From positions 38,130,001-38,194,000 of the forward strand of contig OX597814.1 in NCBI GenBank assembly GCA_951406725.2: 64,000 nt of DNA, written 5' to 3'. A program made the position numbers and the translations under genes. The notes beneath the pieces are model-generated. The model ran no database searches. It saw only the letters and a program-made list of their open reading frames with translations, and had not been told where the DNA came from. The stretch is from Octopus vulgaris. Lineage: Eukaryota. Shown here in pieces: positions 12,181 to 27,369 of the stretch. Numbering within the stretch: the stretch's first letter is position 1; every line of letters begins with the position of its first letter.

Positions 12181-14599
12181 TAGAAGAGGAATATCAAATA
12201 CTACGACAAGAAAAGTAATACTAAGAAAATGTTAAATATTATCCTCATAAAAGAGTTTAGAGCTGGTTCATTATTAGCAGTCGTATACAACCATCCAACA
12301 GATAACATTTCCAACTAAAAAGGTGGTTCAAAACATACAAAACAAAATATATTGTATTATATCTCTTAACATCTACCAACTACGAAAACTGTAAGTTTAT
12401 ATGGGTTCACATTCGCATTGATCCTTCTAAGTTTGATCAAATAACTACCAAGCTTGAAATTGCAGCTGATTCATTTGACTGAACATATTCCATAGATTTG
12501 ATGCCTCGTGTCAATCAAAATCAATGCACTATGTTCTTTCCCCACACCATTTCTGTGCGTGTCCCTCTTTCATTCTCTCTGCATATGTGTGTGTGTGCGT
12601 GCGTGTGAGGTACATGTGATTGACTGTGGGTGCACGCTTTTGTTTGAGTGTTTGTATCTTCCATTTTGAAAACTTTATAAAAGGAAATTTTCGTTAGTGC
12701 ACTAATAATTAAGAAAATGCAATAATTGATGAATGTTTCTTTCGCATTTCATTTATTGAAATCTTCTTAACATTAATAACGGAAACCTGATTTCGAAGCA
12801 TTGAGAAAGACACAGAATGTTTATTATCGATTAATTACATAGCCCGCTCATACGTTCCCCTACTAATCGATACCAAAATTCATCTTCCCTTGCAACTTGC
12901 ACACGACTATATCAATTGGTAGAATAATTTCGTTGGTTTAAAAACACAATGTTTTTTTTTTACTCAATGCAAATGTGCCCATTCCTTTAACTCGTAGGTT
13001 TATGATAAATATTTAATTTTGAAGTGAAAATCGTCTGTCTTATCTCTATGTGTGTTTTTTTGTGAATGGGGAAGATTGCATGAGTGTCCGAAGATAAACG
13101 TGTGTGTGTGTACGTGCGTGCGTCTGCGCCTGCAGGCACGGTTGTATGTGTGCTACATATTATGTGCGAAATGTTTCGAAATTAACTATAGGTGTGTTAT
13201 TTATCATAGGTCAAGCCCAAGGCTAATCTGGAGAGTCGAGCAACAACATCATATGACACATACCGATTCAAATCATAAATATTGCCATATTTATGATTAT
13301 TGATGTCTTTAATGTGTGAGAATCGTTCAATCAGCAGTAAAGCTTAATGTTTGACAACAAAGTTAATACAATCAGCAAATGATAATATAACAAGCAATGT
13401 TGTAGGATATATGTTAATTTTTCTGCCGTTCTAATGCTCTCTTAGGAGCATGTCAATGGCTTTTCGAACAATCTTACTGTGGCGGCTTTCTGGTGCAAAT
13501 CAAGCGGAATAAGCAGTAAATATATGAAGGATTAGATCTTCATATATCTAGGAATAGCCATCGACAAAATGGTTTTAAAATGGTAATATTATGGGCTGTT
13601 AAACTCATCTTTCGAATGTTCTTGTTCAATGTTAACATTGACATTTGATTGGTTCCGTTATCAAGTCTCTGAACGGGTATGTTAATTAGTATGTAAAATG
13701 TATGCGTGTGTGTGTGTCCATACATGCGAACACACACACATATGTTGCTGTTACATGCGTCATTGATACAATATTGTAAAATATACCACTATTCGAAAAA
13801 GAGAATAGCTAATTTGGAAGTCTATAGATATGGATGTACAGCGGGTTTCAGCAGTTTTCGCCAAATTACACAAAATATATTTAAATTCCGCAATCTAAAC
13901 CCATCTGATTCTAATATCCTAGGCAATTAAATGCTCAATTGAAAGGCTAAGTATTCCACATATGAAAATACGGCTAATCTCCTAACTTAAGTCAAAATAG
14001 CTAACGACTTTCGACTACTTTATTAAATTCAAATCCTGGAACAGCAAAAAAAGAAAAAAAAAAAAGAAAAAAAGTAAGGGTGGGTGTTTCAAGCAGTATG
14101 GTTCATTTAAGTAGAAATGTCGTGGTCCACAGAGCATGAAGATCAAATGGAATAGATTAAGAAACAGAAAGAAGGAGTGTTAAGTATATGCAGTGTAGTT
14201 TATAAGTTTACAAACGAGTAAATCATGAGATACGACGTATATAACATTTTTCCTGTTTGTGCTTTTACAAATAATGGAAGTGAGTTCTAGCAAAGAAAAT
14301 CACCAATAAAATGATGTTATCCAATAAAAAAACAAACTGTCATTTAAAGGGAATGTAATACAATTTGTGTTACCTCCATGTATTTATCAACGGCACTAGT
14401 GATCTAAACGAAATTATATTACTTTACCTACTAATGATCGAAAATAATGTGCGGTCTCAGCTCATTAGCCCCATTAAATCTTACACTTGGTGCTAATTAG
14501 TTCTGCATGTAAACGCAGGTGTACACTGATACACACCCATGTACACGCATGCATAATTGAATAAGCAAGTTAATGGCTGCGTCATCAATTTCGACTATG

Positions 14600-14740
14600 T
14601 GCAAGCCTCTTGTCAAATCAACTGAACATCTAGTCACTGAAGTAGCGTGTGATTCAGTATTTCAGTAACATGTACTCAATGTAATCCTCAGGAAGAATCA
14701 GCACCACACATTTTGTGATAAACTTGCCTATTTTGAAGTG
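14600..14740 (-). mobile_element. Old family-B SINE tail fragment
   Basis: Similar to about 41700-41790 (..CTCAGGAAGAATCAGC..GTGATAAACTTGCC..TTTGAA). Confidence 0.5.
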
Positions 14741-15018
14741 CAATTACAGTCCATCCGACAGATCACACACACACATCCAAACAAACACACGCACACACAG
14801 ACCTACACAAGCACACACTAATAAGTAATCTAAATCTCATGACATGAGTCGACTTGAACGTATGGTAGAAGGCAACTGGTCCCGAATATTACGCCCTGGG
14901 ATCGGATCCATGTCCTTGTGTTAGAGAAGTTTGTTTCTTAATCACACACGTAAACATGAGCATGAACATGTAAACGTATATAAGCTCATATAACTTCACA
15001 CATTAATACTCATATGTA

Positions 15019-15049
<31 letters not shown>

Positions 15050-15136
15050 GATAGAGAGAAATATATATACATTATTTACATTATTTATAAAAAAGTGTAT
15101 GAAGTTAAGGAATTATATACTCTCTCTCTCTCTCTC

Positions 15137-15515
15137 TCTTTTACTTTTTTAGTCATTTGACTGCGGCCATGCTGGAGCACTGCCTTTAGTCGAGCAAATC
15201 GACCCCGGGACTTATTCTTTGTAAGTCTTTTTTGCCGAACCGCTAAGTTACGGGGACGTAAACACCCCAGCATCGGTTGTCAAGAAATGCTAGGGGGTCA
15301 AACACAGACACACAAACACACACATACACACATTTTTATATATACATATATACGACAGGCTTCTTTCAGTTTCTGTCTACCAAATCCACTCAGAAGGCAT
15401 TGGTCGGCCCGGGGCTCTAGCAGAAGACACTTGCCCAAGATGCCACGCAGTGGGACTGAACCCGGAACCATGTGGTTGGTTAGCAAGCTACTTACCACAC
15501 AGCCACTCCTGCGCC
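15137..15515 (-). mobile_element. Full-length family-A SINE
   Basis: Reverse complement of the 10917 and 42187 copies, with high similarity. Confidence 0.93.
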
Positions 15516-15594
15516 TATAGTAGAATTATATGGAATTATATATCTGTTTTTATGTTCAGACGTGTATATGTGTATGTATTACTACATATGTATG

Positions 15595-15673
<79 letters not shown>

Positions 15674-18600
15674 ACATATATATGCATATATTTATATATA
15701 TATATATATACACATATTTATATATATATTCTTGCATATTTACACATACAAATACATATATGTACACATACATTCATATATGGACATATATTTTACGGAT
15801 GAATTATCAGATATACGCATGCGCGTGTTTGTGATAGGATTTACATCACATTTGACGATAATATAGCAACTGCCAAATACTAAACAGAAGACAGCGAGAT
15901 AGTATGCTTAAAATCAAAGAAAAAATGTGCTGTCATGTATGTCCATTGCTATAATGAAGAATAAAATGACTTCAACCAAGCGACATCTCAAGCGGTCACT
16001 TATCTACGCATGTTGCTAGTAATCAAGACTGCTCCAGTGTACACTACACATTCTATGTTCCCTTAACTACAAAAGTGACACTATTACATTGTTACAAATA
16101 CGTGCTGCAGCACAGATTGCAATTATAGGACCCACTGACTGCTTAGAAAGAGATTCAGTAATTAGTAATCAAGGAAGATAAAGATTACCACGACACATTG
16201 GAAAAACAACCAGTCAAGTTGAAGGAAGAAATATAACGGAACCGTTCCCGAATATATTATAAATTCCGTACACTGAAACTACGGAAATGGTTGTATTTCA
16301 TTTTCTTAGATGTGTAGAATACACCAGTAACCACTAAAGACAATGTGATCTGTAGTCGTGGCATCTGTCAACCATCTGCTAAAATCTTCTTCGTAGTCAA
16401 AAGTGTAGAGACAACTCAGAATGACAAACGCACATGTTATTCAACTTCGGTCTCACAAAAAATGCCCACTATTAAGTCAATGCAACTGAGTTGGTATAAG
16501 TGTGCTTTTGTCTTTCCCCATGTCCAGTAAGTTCACCGTTATCCTTTTTTTCTTGTTTCAATGAAATACTACAGATATATTCTTTCCGTAAATTTTCCTG
16601 GCGATGGATTTTCTATGCGGCGAATTGATGGCAGTGAATATTCCCGCGGTCAATTAATGAAGGTGAACTACTGGTAATTGTTTATCTTATTTGTGTCTAT
16701 ATTTCTGTCTACTGACTATGTCTTTGCTGCACATGGTTGATGGACCGTCAACTAAAGGTCATACTTTCATGTTATTTGCCCTGCACGTTGGTTTTTAGTG
16801 TCATATCGCTAACGTTTCTACATGCAGTAATTACTTCCATAGCCTTGTAACCTCCAGCTTCCAAGTCGTAGGGTTAAAAAGTACATATTACCTTCGTGGC
16901 AGGTTTGAAAGAAATCAACACTACTTGAGAGATACAAATAATTCACGTGCTTATGTACATATCGTAGAATGAGTATTGACGCCTGATTTCATTTTATTTT
17001 TTTTTTACATTTGTAACTATTTACGTTTTCTGTTAAGGCATATTATTTTCCAACATATAGATTTCTTCATGAAGCAGGTCATTTTGCATACAAAGAAATG
17101 TTTTTTGTTTGTTCATTATATTCTAATTATTTTTTTTTATTTAATCGATCTGAAGCTGAAAAGAGAAGAACAATCGGATCAAAAGAAACTACAATATCAA
17201 TGGAAATCGCGCTTTCAACGTAGTTTAACCTAGTGTAAATCGTTGTTTAGGCACGGGAAAATGTCGTAAAAGTTGCATTAAAATCAACAGAAGTTCCACA
17301 AATCTTTTCCGAAAGATGTATTCAATTCAGATGGAATACTCTACACTGCTAATGTATATTTCATTCCTTCTTGAAACACTGAAAGCAAAGCGATCTCGAA
17401 GATCTCATAATAATGTAGAATCTCGTTAAAATTTGCATAGTAATTTCTTAAAAATTCTACAGACTCTGTTATACATTCATACAATAATACCCTGTCCACA
17501 AATGTAATATTAATGTATAACGACGTCAGGAGGGAATGGCATTTCGAAGAAAGCATTTGACATATATTTTCATCCTCAACAGAAATCAGCTCCCATGGGA
17601 TTCTAATTGAATTTTAATACAGGCAGTCCAATATGTACATTTCTGCGAGTAACATCTAATACTAATGAAAGTGTCCTTACTGACTAGTAGCTCAGGCTAC
17701 TAGAAATGGATTCTTTATCACGAATGATAGAACAAAACTGTAAGAGTAATTAATGTAATATTTGATGAAACATTCAAAACGAAATATAGCACGAGGCAAA
17801 AAGTATTAAAATTGGGACTAAAATCAGCATGAGTGACCAAAATAGTGACAAGTAAAATGAAATATACAAAGAAGCAAACAGTGATGCATAAACTATTCGA
17901 CACGTATTTATGTACACGTCTATGCATACAGATACGTACAATTTTGCATTTTGACCCGAACACATGTATACAGGCTTACGTAAATAAAAATATACGTACA
18001 TATGCATACATACGAAAATACGCACGTCTAATGTGTGAGTGTGTGTGTGTGTGTGTGTCTGTGTATACATAAACTGAAATTCTTATGTATGTATATATGT
18101 ATGTATGTATGTATGATTCAATGTATATATGTATATTCCATTTTATCCGTCTCTTTATCTGTCTATTATCAATCGGTTTATATGTGTGCGTGTGTATTTG
18201 TATATAAAGACAAATAAAGAGATAGATAGATACATAGATAAAAAAATACATATAAATATATGGGTGCTCCATACATACATATAAACACACATACAAACAT
18301 ATATACATATGTATATATAAAAGTATGCACGCATACAAGCACACGCACGCACACACACATGTGTATGTACAGCCCTATATTCATTTCCTCAAAAAACTGT
18401 TGCACTTTGATCTCAAACCACCGGCTTGATGACTAGCCATCATTAAAATTGTCTAATGGCGACACAAAACGGGCTTTAAATCGAAGTATTGCGCCATCCT
18501 TTAATGTTCAACGGTATTGTTATTTAATAATTACACAAGAAAACAAGAATTACTACAGACATATATTTATTCCAAATCACTCGATTGATCGTTACTGTAT

Positions 18601-18680
18601 AATGTCGGGTAATTATATTTTGTACATACAAACATGTATAAGCACATACACACGGAAACTCACACTGCACACACACACCG

Positions 18681-18733
<53 letters not shown>

Positions 18734-19024
18734 CACACATACATATATTTATGTGTGTATGTGTGTATACACACACACACACACACACATTTATATATAT
18801 ATACATATATCTATTCGGCGGGTTTCTTTCCATTTCCGTCTATGAACTCGACTGACAAGGGTAGGTCGGCTGATGTAGCAAAGATTGAGAGGCAAGCAGG
18901 AACATATGCTTAGAAGTGAAGCTTTTTATCATATAGTCAAGCATCTGCTACATTCATACAAACATACATGCATACATATATAAATACATACATATTCACA
19001 CCTGTATATACATATATATATACC

Positions 19025-19082
<58 letters not shown>

Positions 19083-19086
19083 GTGT

Positions 19087-19414
19087 GGAGGCGCAATGGC
19101 TCACTGGTTTCGACTTCCAGACCGGGCGCTGTAAGTGTTTATTGAGTGAAAACACCTGAAGGTCCACGAGACACCGGAAGTGTTGGTAGCGAACCCTGCT
19201 TTGCCCTGCTTACCCTCACACTTTCTTTCTGTTTCCGTTGTACCTATATTTCAAAGGGCCAGCTTTGTCACACACGCTGAATCTTCCCAAAGGACTACGT
19301 TAACGGCACATGTGTCTGTGGAGTGTTCAGCTATGTGCACGTAAATTTCACGAGCAGGCTTTTCCGTTGATCGGATCACCTGGAACCTTCGTCGTGTTAA
19401 CCGACGGAATGCCA
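19087..19414 (+). mobile_element. Family-B SINE with a deletion in the head
   Basis: GGAGGCGCAATGGC start, GAAAACACCT block, and tail TTTCAAAGGGCCAGC..AACCGACGGAATGCCA shared with 41615-41994. Confidence 0.85.
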
Positions 19415-19439
19415 GGACGTATATATATGTATGTATAAA

Positions 19440-19790
19440 AATATATATATAAAAATACAAAATGGGACAAGAACGCAAAACATCAAATAGACGACAAAAA
19501 TAAGGCTGTAATCTTCAGCCAAGAAGGGGATCATCCTCGCAATTTCGGCTGATTAATCTTGAGATCGCTCCGATCCGGCCAGCCCCTAGGAAAAACTAAG
19601 CTACGAACATTAGATTTCTTGGAAAAAGGATCGAATGTATACGAAACAAGGACAGAAAAACGAATGATGCCACACGAATATAAATACAAAAAACAATAAT
19701 AGTAATAACAGGACAAAAACAGCGGGTGTCTTACGACTTTAGACAGTTCAACTTAGCTTAGCTGGCGTATTTGGAAAATAATGCCTTACG
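19440..19790 (-). mobile_element. Dispersed repeat, probably a PLE-type terminal repeat (family X)
   Basis: Reverse complement of about 53900-54295. Both ORF-track translations share KKSN.RSLVFP.GWPDRS...IN.PKLRG. Confidence 0.8.
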
Positions 19791-20113
19791 GCAGACCACA
19801 CAAGCACACACACACACTCTAGCACGCACGCAGAGGTATCTACATAGAGACAAGTATAGGAAAGTTACAAAGTGTGTAGTCAACGAAAAAGTTAGAGAAG
19901 TTGAAATTAGAATCTGAAAGAATAAATAGTGGAAATGGTAGATATGATGAAATTATTGATTTAAAACACATTAACATATGATTTTGTTTACAGTTATTAT
20001 GCTTATAGGTAGACATATAGCATATACACAGAAGCACATGCAAAGACGGGCAACTCTCGAAAACACACACACATAGAAACACACTTATGTTGCTGTATGT
20101 GTATATATTTATG

Positions 20114-20280
20114 TACCGTAATTTACGTGTAAAAGGAACATCATAATTTTTGGAGCTTAAAATTTGGATATAGGGCTTTGTAAGTGATTATAAAACAATC
20201 CATGCAGAAGAAACACCTATATATTTCTTACCTAATTGTTGAATAAAATATGTTCCTATACTCGTTAAAATACACCAGGT
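20114..20280. mobile_element. Possible pogo/Tigger-like MITE
   Basis: Starts TACCGTAATTTACGTGTAA and ends with an imperfect inverse ..TATACTCGTTAAAATACACCAGGT. Confidence 0.35.
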
Positions 20281-20311
20281 ATGTATATGTATATATATAT
20301 ATATATATATA

Positions 20312-20513
20312 TGTAGGTCCCGGGTTGATTCGGGGTTAACCACAGTAAGTAAGGTACTCAATACATAGCAGAGTAAAATTAATTTATTATATAGAAGGAG
20401 CTTCTACAGGACTAGTACTGTTTCATTCAAGAGAAATCTTCAGGAATCTTCCTGAAGATTTCTCTTGAATGAAACAGTACTAGTCCTGTAGAAGCTCCTT
20501 CTATATAATAAAT
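20312..20513. mobile_element. Penelope-like pLTR relic with a perfect 64-bp palindrome
   Basis: 20382-20445 is the exact reverse complement of 20450-20513. Each arm contains CTGAAGA..GAAAC..GTC. There is a unique tail on the left and (TA)n on both flanks. Confidence 0.75.
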
Positions 20514-20529
20514 ATATATATATATATAT

Positions 20530-20533
<4 letters not shown>

Positions 20534-20600
<67 letters not shown>

Positions 20601-20703
20601 CAGATAGATAAATATATACATAATTAGATAGATAGATTGATAGAAAGATAGATAAATTAATTGATAGATAGATACATAGATAGATAGATAGATAGATAGA
20701 CAT

Positions 20704-20775
<72 letters not shown>
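20534..20775. repeat. (GATA)n microsatellite
   Basis: Read directly. Confidence 0.95.
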
Positions 20776-21046
20776 CAAATGTGAGGGTGGTGTGTGAAAT
20801 ATAATAGTATAAATTGATTAATACATACTTAATAGATGAATGGGTGGAAAGTAGCAATCAATACTAATACATATCGATCGATATAAAGAGATATGGGAAA
20901 TACTGATGTATGTATACAAGTCTAAAGCCACTAAACGTAGCTAAAAGTACCACCAGATATTATCGACAAACTTATTTATACACATGAACATGCTGAAACA
21001 AGCATTTACGCGACTCACACCCTCATAGAGATCAGCATCATACATT

Positions 21047-21245
21047 TATCTTTTATCTTCTGTCTGTTTCAATAATCAGTCAGCAGCCATGCTGATTGGA
21101 TCACCTGGAATCTTTTTAGTGTAAAGATATGATCCAAGATCTTTGGTTTTTTTTAAAGTCTGGTGCTTATTCTATCGGACGCTTCGGCCGAACAGCTAAG
21201 TTATGTGAACGAATGACACCAATATCGATTGTCAAGCGGTGATGG
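21047..21245 (-). mobile_element. Family-A SINE 3' half, diverged
   Basis: CTTATTCTATCGG..CCGAACAGCTAAGTTA..CACCAATATCGATTGTCAAGCG homology. Confidence 0.7.
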
Positions 21246-21282
21246 CACACATACACACACACACACACATAAATACAAAGAT

Positions 21283-21337
<55 letters not shown>

Positions 21338-21719
21338 CATATCTCTCTCTCTGTATATAAATATATTATTATTTATATATATATATATATATACATATAT
21401 GTGTATATGTGTGTGCGACGCGCACGTGTATCTGTGTGTATGTATAAAGAGAGTGAGAGACAGGCAAATAGATAACAAAGATAGATAACAAGAGAAACTG
21501 AACAAGAGGGAGATATGAATATGCATCGGTGTGTGCATGACGTGACTAGAGTATAATCATGCACGAGGCAGGTAGGTGTGGTGCAAAATGTGCAGATATG
21601 CAGGTAGCAAACATACAGAAAAAAATGAATACAGGATTCATAGTTGTGTGAATAGAAGACGGAAGGAAATAATGAACAAACGAAATATTACGAGAGATTA
21701 TTTTAGACACCGACACTAT

Positions 21720-22096
21720 ATATGGCTATGTGGTAAGAGGCTTGCTTCCCAACCACATGGCTTTGGGCTCAATCCCATTTGGCACCTTCAGCGAGTGTCT
21801 TCTGATATTGCCTCCGGTCTACCAGACTGTTGTGAGTGGATTTTGCAGGCGGAAACTGAAAAAAACCCGTCGAATGTATGTATGTATGTATGTATGTATG
21901 TATATATGTATGTAAGTATGTGTTTGTGTGTCTGTATTTGTCTCACCCAGTATGGCTTGACACCGATTTTTGTGTGTTTATTTACACGTAACTTAGACCG
22001 ATAGAATAAGTACTCAGCTTATAAAGATGAGTTCTGTGTTCGATTTGTTTTCCAGCATGGTCGCAGTTAAATGACTGAAACAAGTAAAAGAAAAGA
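21720..22096 (+). mobile_element. Family-A SINE, diverged
   Basis: TGGCTATGTGGTAAG head through the CAGCATGGTCGCAGTTAAATGACTGAAACAAG tail. Confidence 0.8.
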
Positions 22097-22890
22097 ATTA
22101 GAGAATGTACACATATGTATACATATCTACATCTATACATATATAAGCACACACACACACACATATATATATATTAATTTATATGAATTTAAAGATAGAG
22201 GGAGCGATGGAAATCATGTGATTTACATTCAGGATCTACTAAATTAGCATGTCTAGGCTGCACTTGGCCTTTACATAATAACTGTTTGATCTCATGGGGG
22301 CAACATGAAAACGCGAACGCTCAGCTCTTCAAGATATTGGGGTACAACCTCATGACAGAGCCGAACACCCTAACCACTAGCGTATATATCATCCTTAAGT
22401 ACCTATTTACATTCATGTTTTCTTGCATGGACATATTTACACTAATAAATGTTTATATGTATATGAATCACATAGACGTATATATACATATATGCAACAA
22501 TTTATAACTTACATCTTTGCGCGTGCGTTTAATTGCGTGTGCCTAAATACAAATCTATGTCTCAGCGTTTGTGGACATGTTTGTGTGCTTTGTGCTAAAT
22601 GTAGTTAATTCACGTATGAGATATGTTCAAAGGAAAATTTCAATAATCCTACATCAACATAAATGCATCTGTTTTATATTCCTTTATCAGCATGCGTACT
22701 TCAATTTATCTTCGTTTTATTTCAGTAGTTCAATTTTTCGCCACTAGCTTTTTGTTTTCCTTCTTAAATTGAAACTCATGTTTATATTTATTATGAATAT
22801 TTCGTGCCGTTTTCTCACGACAACAATAAAGTCATGTTTACCTAAATTTCATTTGGGGAAACCTCTGATTTCGAATTTAAACCTATTTCA

Positions 22891-22968
<78 letters not shown>

Positions 22969-23059
22969 ATATATATTTGTCTGTATGTATGTCTGTCTGT
23001 CTGTCTGTCTATTTATCTCACTATCAATCTATCTTGTTTCCTTCCTTTCTAATAATGTT

Positions 23060-23091
<32 letters not shown>

Positions 23092-23651
23092 AACAAATAT
23101 GTTTTCATGTTATGTATATGTATTTATGTACACATAACTATACACACTTGCATATTTATATAAATATATGTGGAAACACAGACACTCATATAAATCTAGG
23201 AATATATTTATTCAAGAGCATATGTTGGAAAATACGAGAGAAAATATAATCTTATGTTTATATATATATATATATCTTCGAGTGAGATTTTAAATGTGGT
23301 GGTACATACATATATATAAGTTTTTATATCTACTTATCACACTCTCTATAGAGAAATACAGTGAGATATGAGAGATACGTATTTTACTCTTCAGCACTTT
23401 AGATGTATGAAAACAACTTGTACTTGCGTGTGCTACGACTCGAAAGCTCCGCACAACGTAGGCCTGCAAGTGTATGGGGGTCATCAGAAGAGAATGTGTC
23501 CCGTTTCGGACCTATCTCACAATGTGCACCGGCATATTGAAATTTACTGATTCACGTCACTTGCAAGTTTCCTAGTCACACGTCACATATCAGGTGAAAC
23601 AGATGACAATATACTTGTGTCACTATTTTCTTTCTCAATCCCTCTGGAACG

Positions 23652-23741
<90 letters not shown>

Positions 23742-24165
23742 TTACATATATATACATACGCACATATATAGCTAGATAGATAGATAGATCGATAGAGTTA
23801 TATATGACGTGAAATTAACTGAAATGCTCATGCCTAGAAAGGGGCTCATAAAAGCAGCAAAGTCGCCGTGCTTCAACGAAACTGTAGTGACACCAAATCA
23901 TTTCCATGGCACATTATCATGTACGCTCTGTACTTTTGAAATATTTCGTGTATGTGTGTGTGAGTCTGCATGGGTATACATATACATATATATGATTGGC
24001 AGTGTGAAGCGGCTGACCTCCCTTGTTCGAAGGTTATAATGGACACAGTTTGTATGTCAAATAGCTATCTTAAGGCGATGGCCTCATGGAGCTAATCAGC
24101 GACAGCTTTTAGTCTTATATCAATAAGACTGCCATATTAATATGGCGATAACAATTAATATATAT

Positions 24166-24293
24166 CTTAGCGGTTCGGCAAAAGAGACCGATAGAATAAG
24201 TACAGGGTTTACAAAGAATAATTCGCGGGGTCGATTTGCTCGACTAAAGGCGGTGCTCCAGCATGGCCGCAGTCAAATGACTAAAACAAGTAC

Positions 24294-24305
<12 letters not shown>
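24166..24305 (+). mobile_element. 5'-truncated family-A SINE tail
   Basis: CTTAGCGGTTCGGCAAAAGAGACCGATAGAATAAGTAC..GGCGGTGCTCCAGCATGGCCGCAGTCAAATGACT followed by an A-run. Confidence 0.88.
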
Positions 24306-24330
<25 letters not shown>

Positions 24331-24791
24331 TACATACATATACCTATGTACCACTAGCTGCCCATACATTTCAAGTTCTATATTTTAATTTTAGTCCCAC
24401 CTGTATAACTGATATAGTTTAGAAAACTCCTCGTCACTGCTTAATTAAATTTAAGTCCAATTATTTTCTGCTCCAATTTTTAAGCCTTTACCATCACTTC
24501 AGATGTTACACTTCTCTCGTACATTATTGTCACATTTTTGGTCTTTTCTTTTCCTATTTTCATCTCTTTCCCGTTACTGAAATATATCAGGGCCACATCA
24601 TGCATCATAAATATTCTCATCATTTGATTCCGGATAATTTTCTGATTGTGTATTTAATAAAATACTTTCACTTTCAGTTGTCGCCGGATGATACCGTTTG
24701 GTGCCCCTTAACATGAATTTCGGCCACAACGGTACCGCTTCAACTGATTGAACCACCACCAGCATATGACAGCCTGCATTTCTTCCCCTTC

Positions 24792-25034
<243 letters not shown>

Positions 25035-25729
25035 TCTCACCACATCATTCTTCCTTCTTGTCCTAATTCTTTCTCCTCCTCATTCTTGTTCGTTTTTTCT
25101 TCTTCTTCTCCTCCTTTTCCTCTTCTTCTTCTCCTTTCACTTCCTCTACTTCTTCTTTTTTATTTCTCCTCCTCATCATATTTCTTCTACTTCTTTTTCT
25201 CCTCCTCCGCATTCTTCTTCTTCCTCAGCCACTTCTTTCTCCTTCTCATTATTTTCTTCCTTTTCCTATTCTCGTTTTCCTTCACTTTTTTTCCTTTCTC
25301 TTTCCTTTGCGTATCCATCGTCTTGATTTCGCACCATCACCACATAGTATCTACCCTACTTGCTCATTCCACATCCACACTCTAAAACTTTTTTATTTCC
25401 TCCTGATAAATACTTAGCAACTAGATCTGAAGGACGCACAAAGTAAAAAGACACTTTCGATTCAAATCTGATTAAATGCTCCTAGCTAATGTCTAAAATC
25501 GCAAATTTTACGTCACTCTTCATTGAGAATGTTGGCGTCCTCGGATATTGCAAATAGAGATGGTACCGAAACAATTGTAGATTACAATTAAAGCTATGTT
25601 AAAGAATGTTCTTTGTCTTCTTCTTTTCATTGGTATCTGTCTATCTATCTATCAATCTCTCTCTCATTCTATATATATATATATGTGTGTGTTTATGTGT
25701 GCTTACGTATATAAAGAGATATAGATACA

Positions 25730-25866
<137 letters not shown>

Positions 25867-27369
25867 TCAATATTTCCTCCAAAAATTGTGGGACACCATC
25901 ATATGGGTGGATGTAGATGTCTTCCAAACAAAACTTAATCCCTTCCTGGTAAGAGTTCCGAATAGACCTTACTCGCAGCAGTAAATGAAAATGAGAGCAC
26001 CAATATCAAACTCATTCATTCAACAATTACCATATATTCTAGGTGGTCTCCAAGTAATGAATGTGTAGCAACACTAACTGTATTGCCTCAGTATGGCTGC
26101 AGCTCTCTTACTGATTTGAGTAAGAGAATAAAATAGTTAAAGATTATATATCGTGTTTGTGTATGTGTGGGTATGTGTGTAGACGTGTTTTCATATATGA
26201 GACTATCTGTTTGCCTGTACATCCGTATACACTACAGATATTATATGAAGGCTGTTAGCGTCGATAGGAGTGACAGACTAATGTCTGAAGCTTCGGCAGT
26301 TCGTATTTATTGATCATTGCCTGGTTGCCTGTGACTAAGTCATTTCACCCTTTAATGGCCTATTCTAGCTTGCTGTAAATATTGCTAGATGAAAATAACA
26401 CCTTTCATGTAGGAAGCATCAAAACGATTAATAGTAATGCCTAATAATTGTAGGTGGCCTGGAAATTTAGTTGATGTTAATGTCGATTACATCGTCTCCA
26501 TACTTTATTTTATCGAACCTGGAATGGGGAATCTGAAAAATGAATATCAATGTTCTGCCGCACAAAATGAAGTTCTTAAAACTTCAATAATCATTTATAA
26601 TCAGTTGAAGAAACAAAGAAGATTTACATTTCATAATTAACATCACCCATCGAGGAAGAAAAATATGCTTTTTTGTGTACCTCTCCAACTAAGACGTATC
26701 ATATTGGACCCAATAATGGTACCGGAAAATGTTCAGATGGCATGCTGAACATAGTATCTATATCCCGCTCAGAACACACCTTAGCCTTAAAAAAAAATCA
26801 AGGATTCATGATATAATCTAAACTTAACAATTCTTTTATCTGAAAATATGTGGGGAAAGTAATAGATGGAATGTTTGGGCTACAGGTAAAAGTTAAAAGC
26901 TATGGAATCGTTCGTGTGGTTAAGGGGTTGTAAAATATGTTATCTCTGCAACAGTTGCAAGCAGACAACAAGTATACCAAACACCTCTCTGTAAATTGAA
27001 CTATCGTGGTCTCATATATGAGAAGTTGCAAAGCCATATTAAGGAATGCAATCTTGCATTTATAATTCAGATGTTACAAGCAATAATGTTGCTTTCCTCT
27101 AACCAAGGCGTATAGAATACTTAAATAGGTATTTAAGATCCTATTACCAAGACGTTACTATCGTCAGCAATTATTACCAGCACAAACATTCTTTGCAGGG
27201 ATTTTTGACTTCTAAGTAAGGTCGATGATTTATTGCTAAACGATATATAAATGAGACATCTTAATATTAATAGTAATGCCGAAAACCGTTTTACTCGATA
27301 ACATTCCCAAGAATTTTTAAGCAACCGTGAACCAGCATATACAATAAACATTATTTGTGATGACCTAAA

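Noticed and set aside
16300-16680. Possible MULE-like relic with GGCGAATT-type subterminal repeats
   Set aside because: No convincing transposase motif or matching second end.
23490-23545. Minus-strand QYAGAHCEIG (EGF-like) and nearby GAAAC..CTGATGA
   Set aside because: There is an in-frame stop just upstream and no preceding cysteines. The hammerhead stems cannot form.
24598-24780. Minus-strand peptide ending ..ENIYDA*, like a receptor tail
   Set aside because: The upstream sequence is (GAA)n with no polypyrimidine acceptor, and no homology was recognised.
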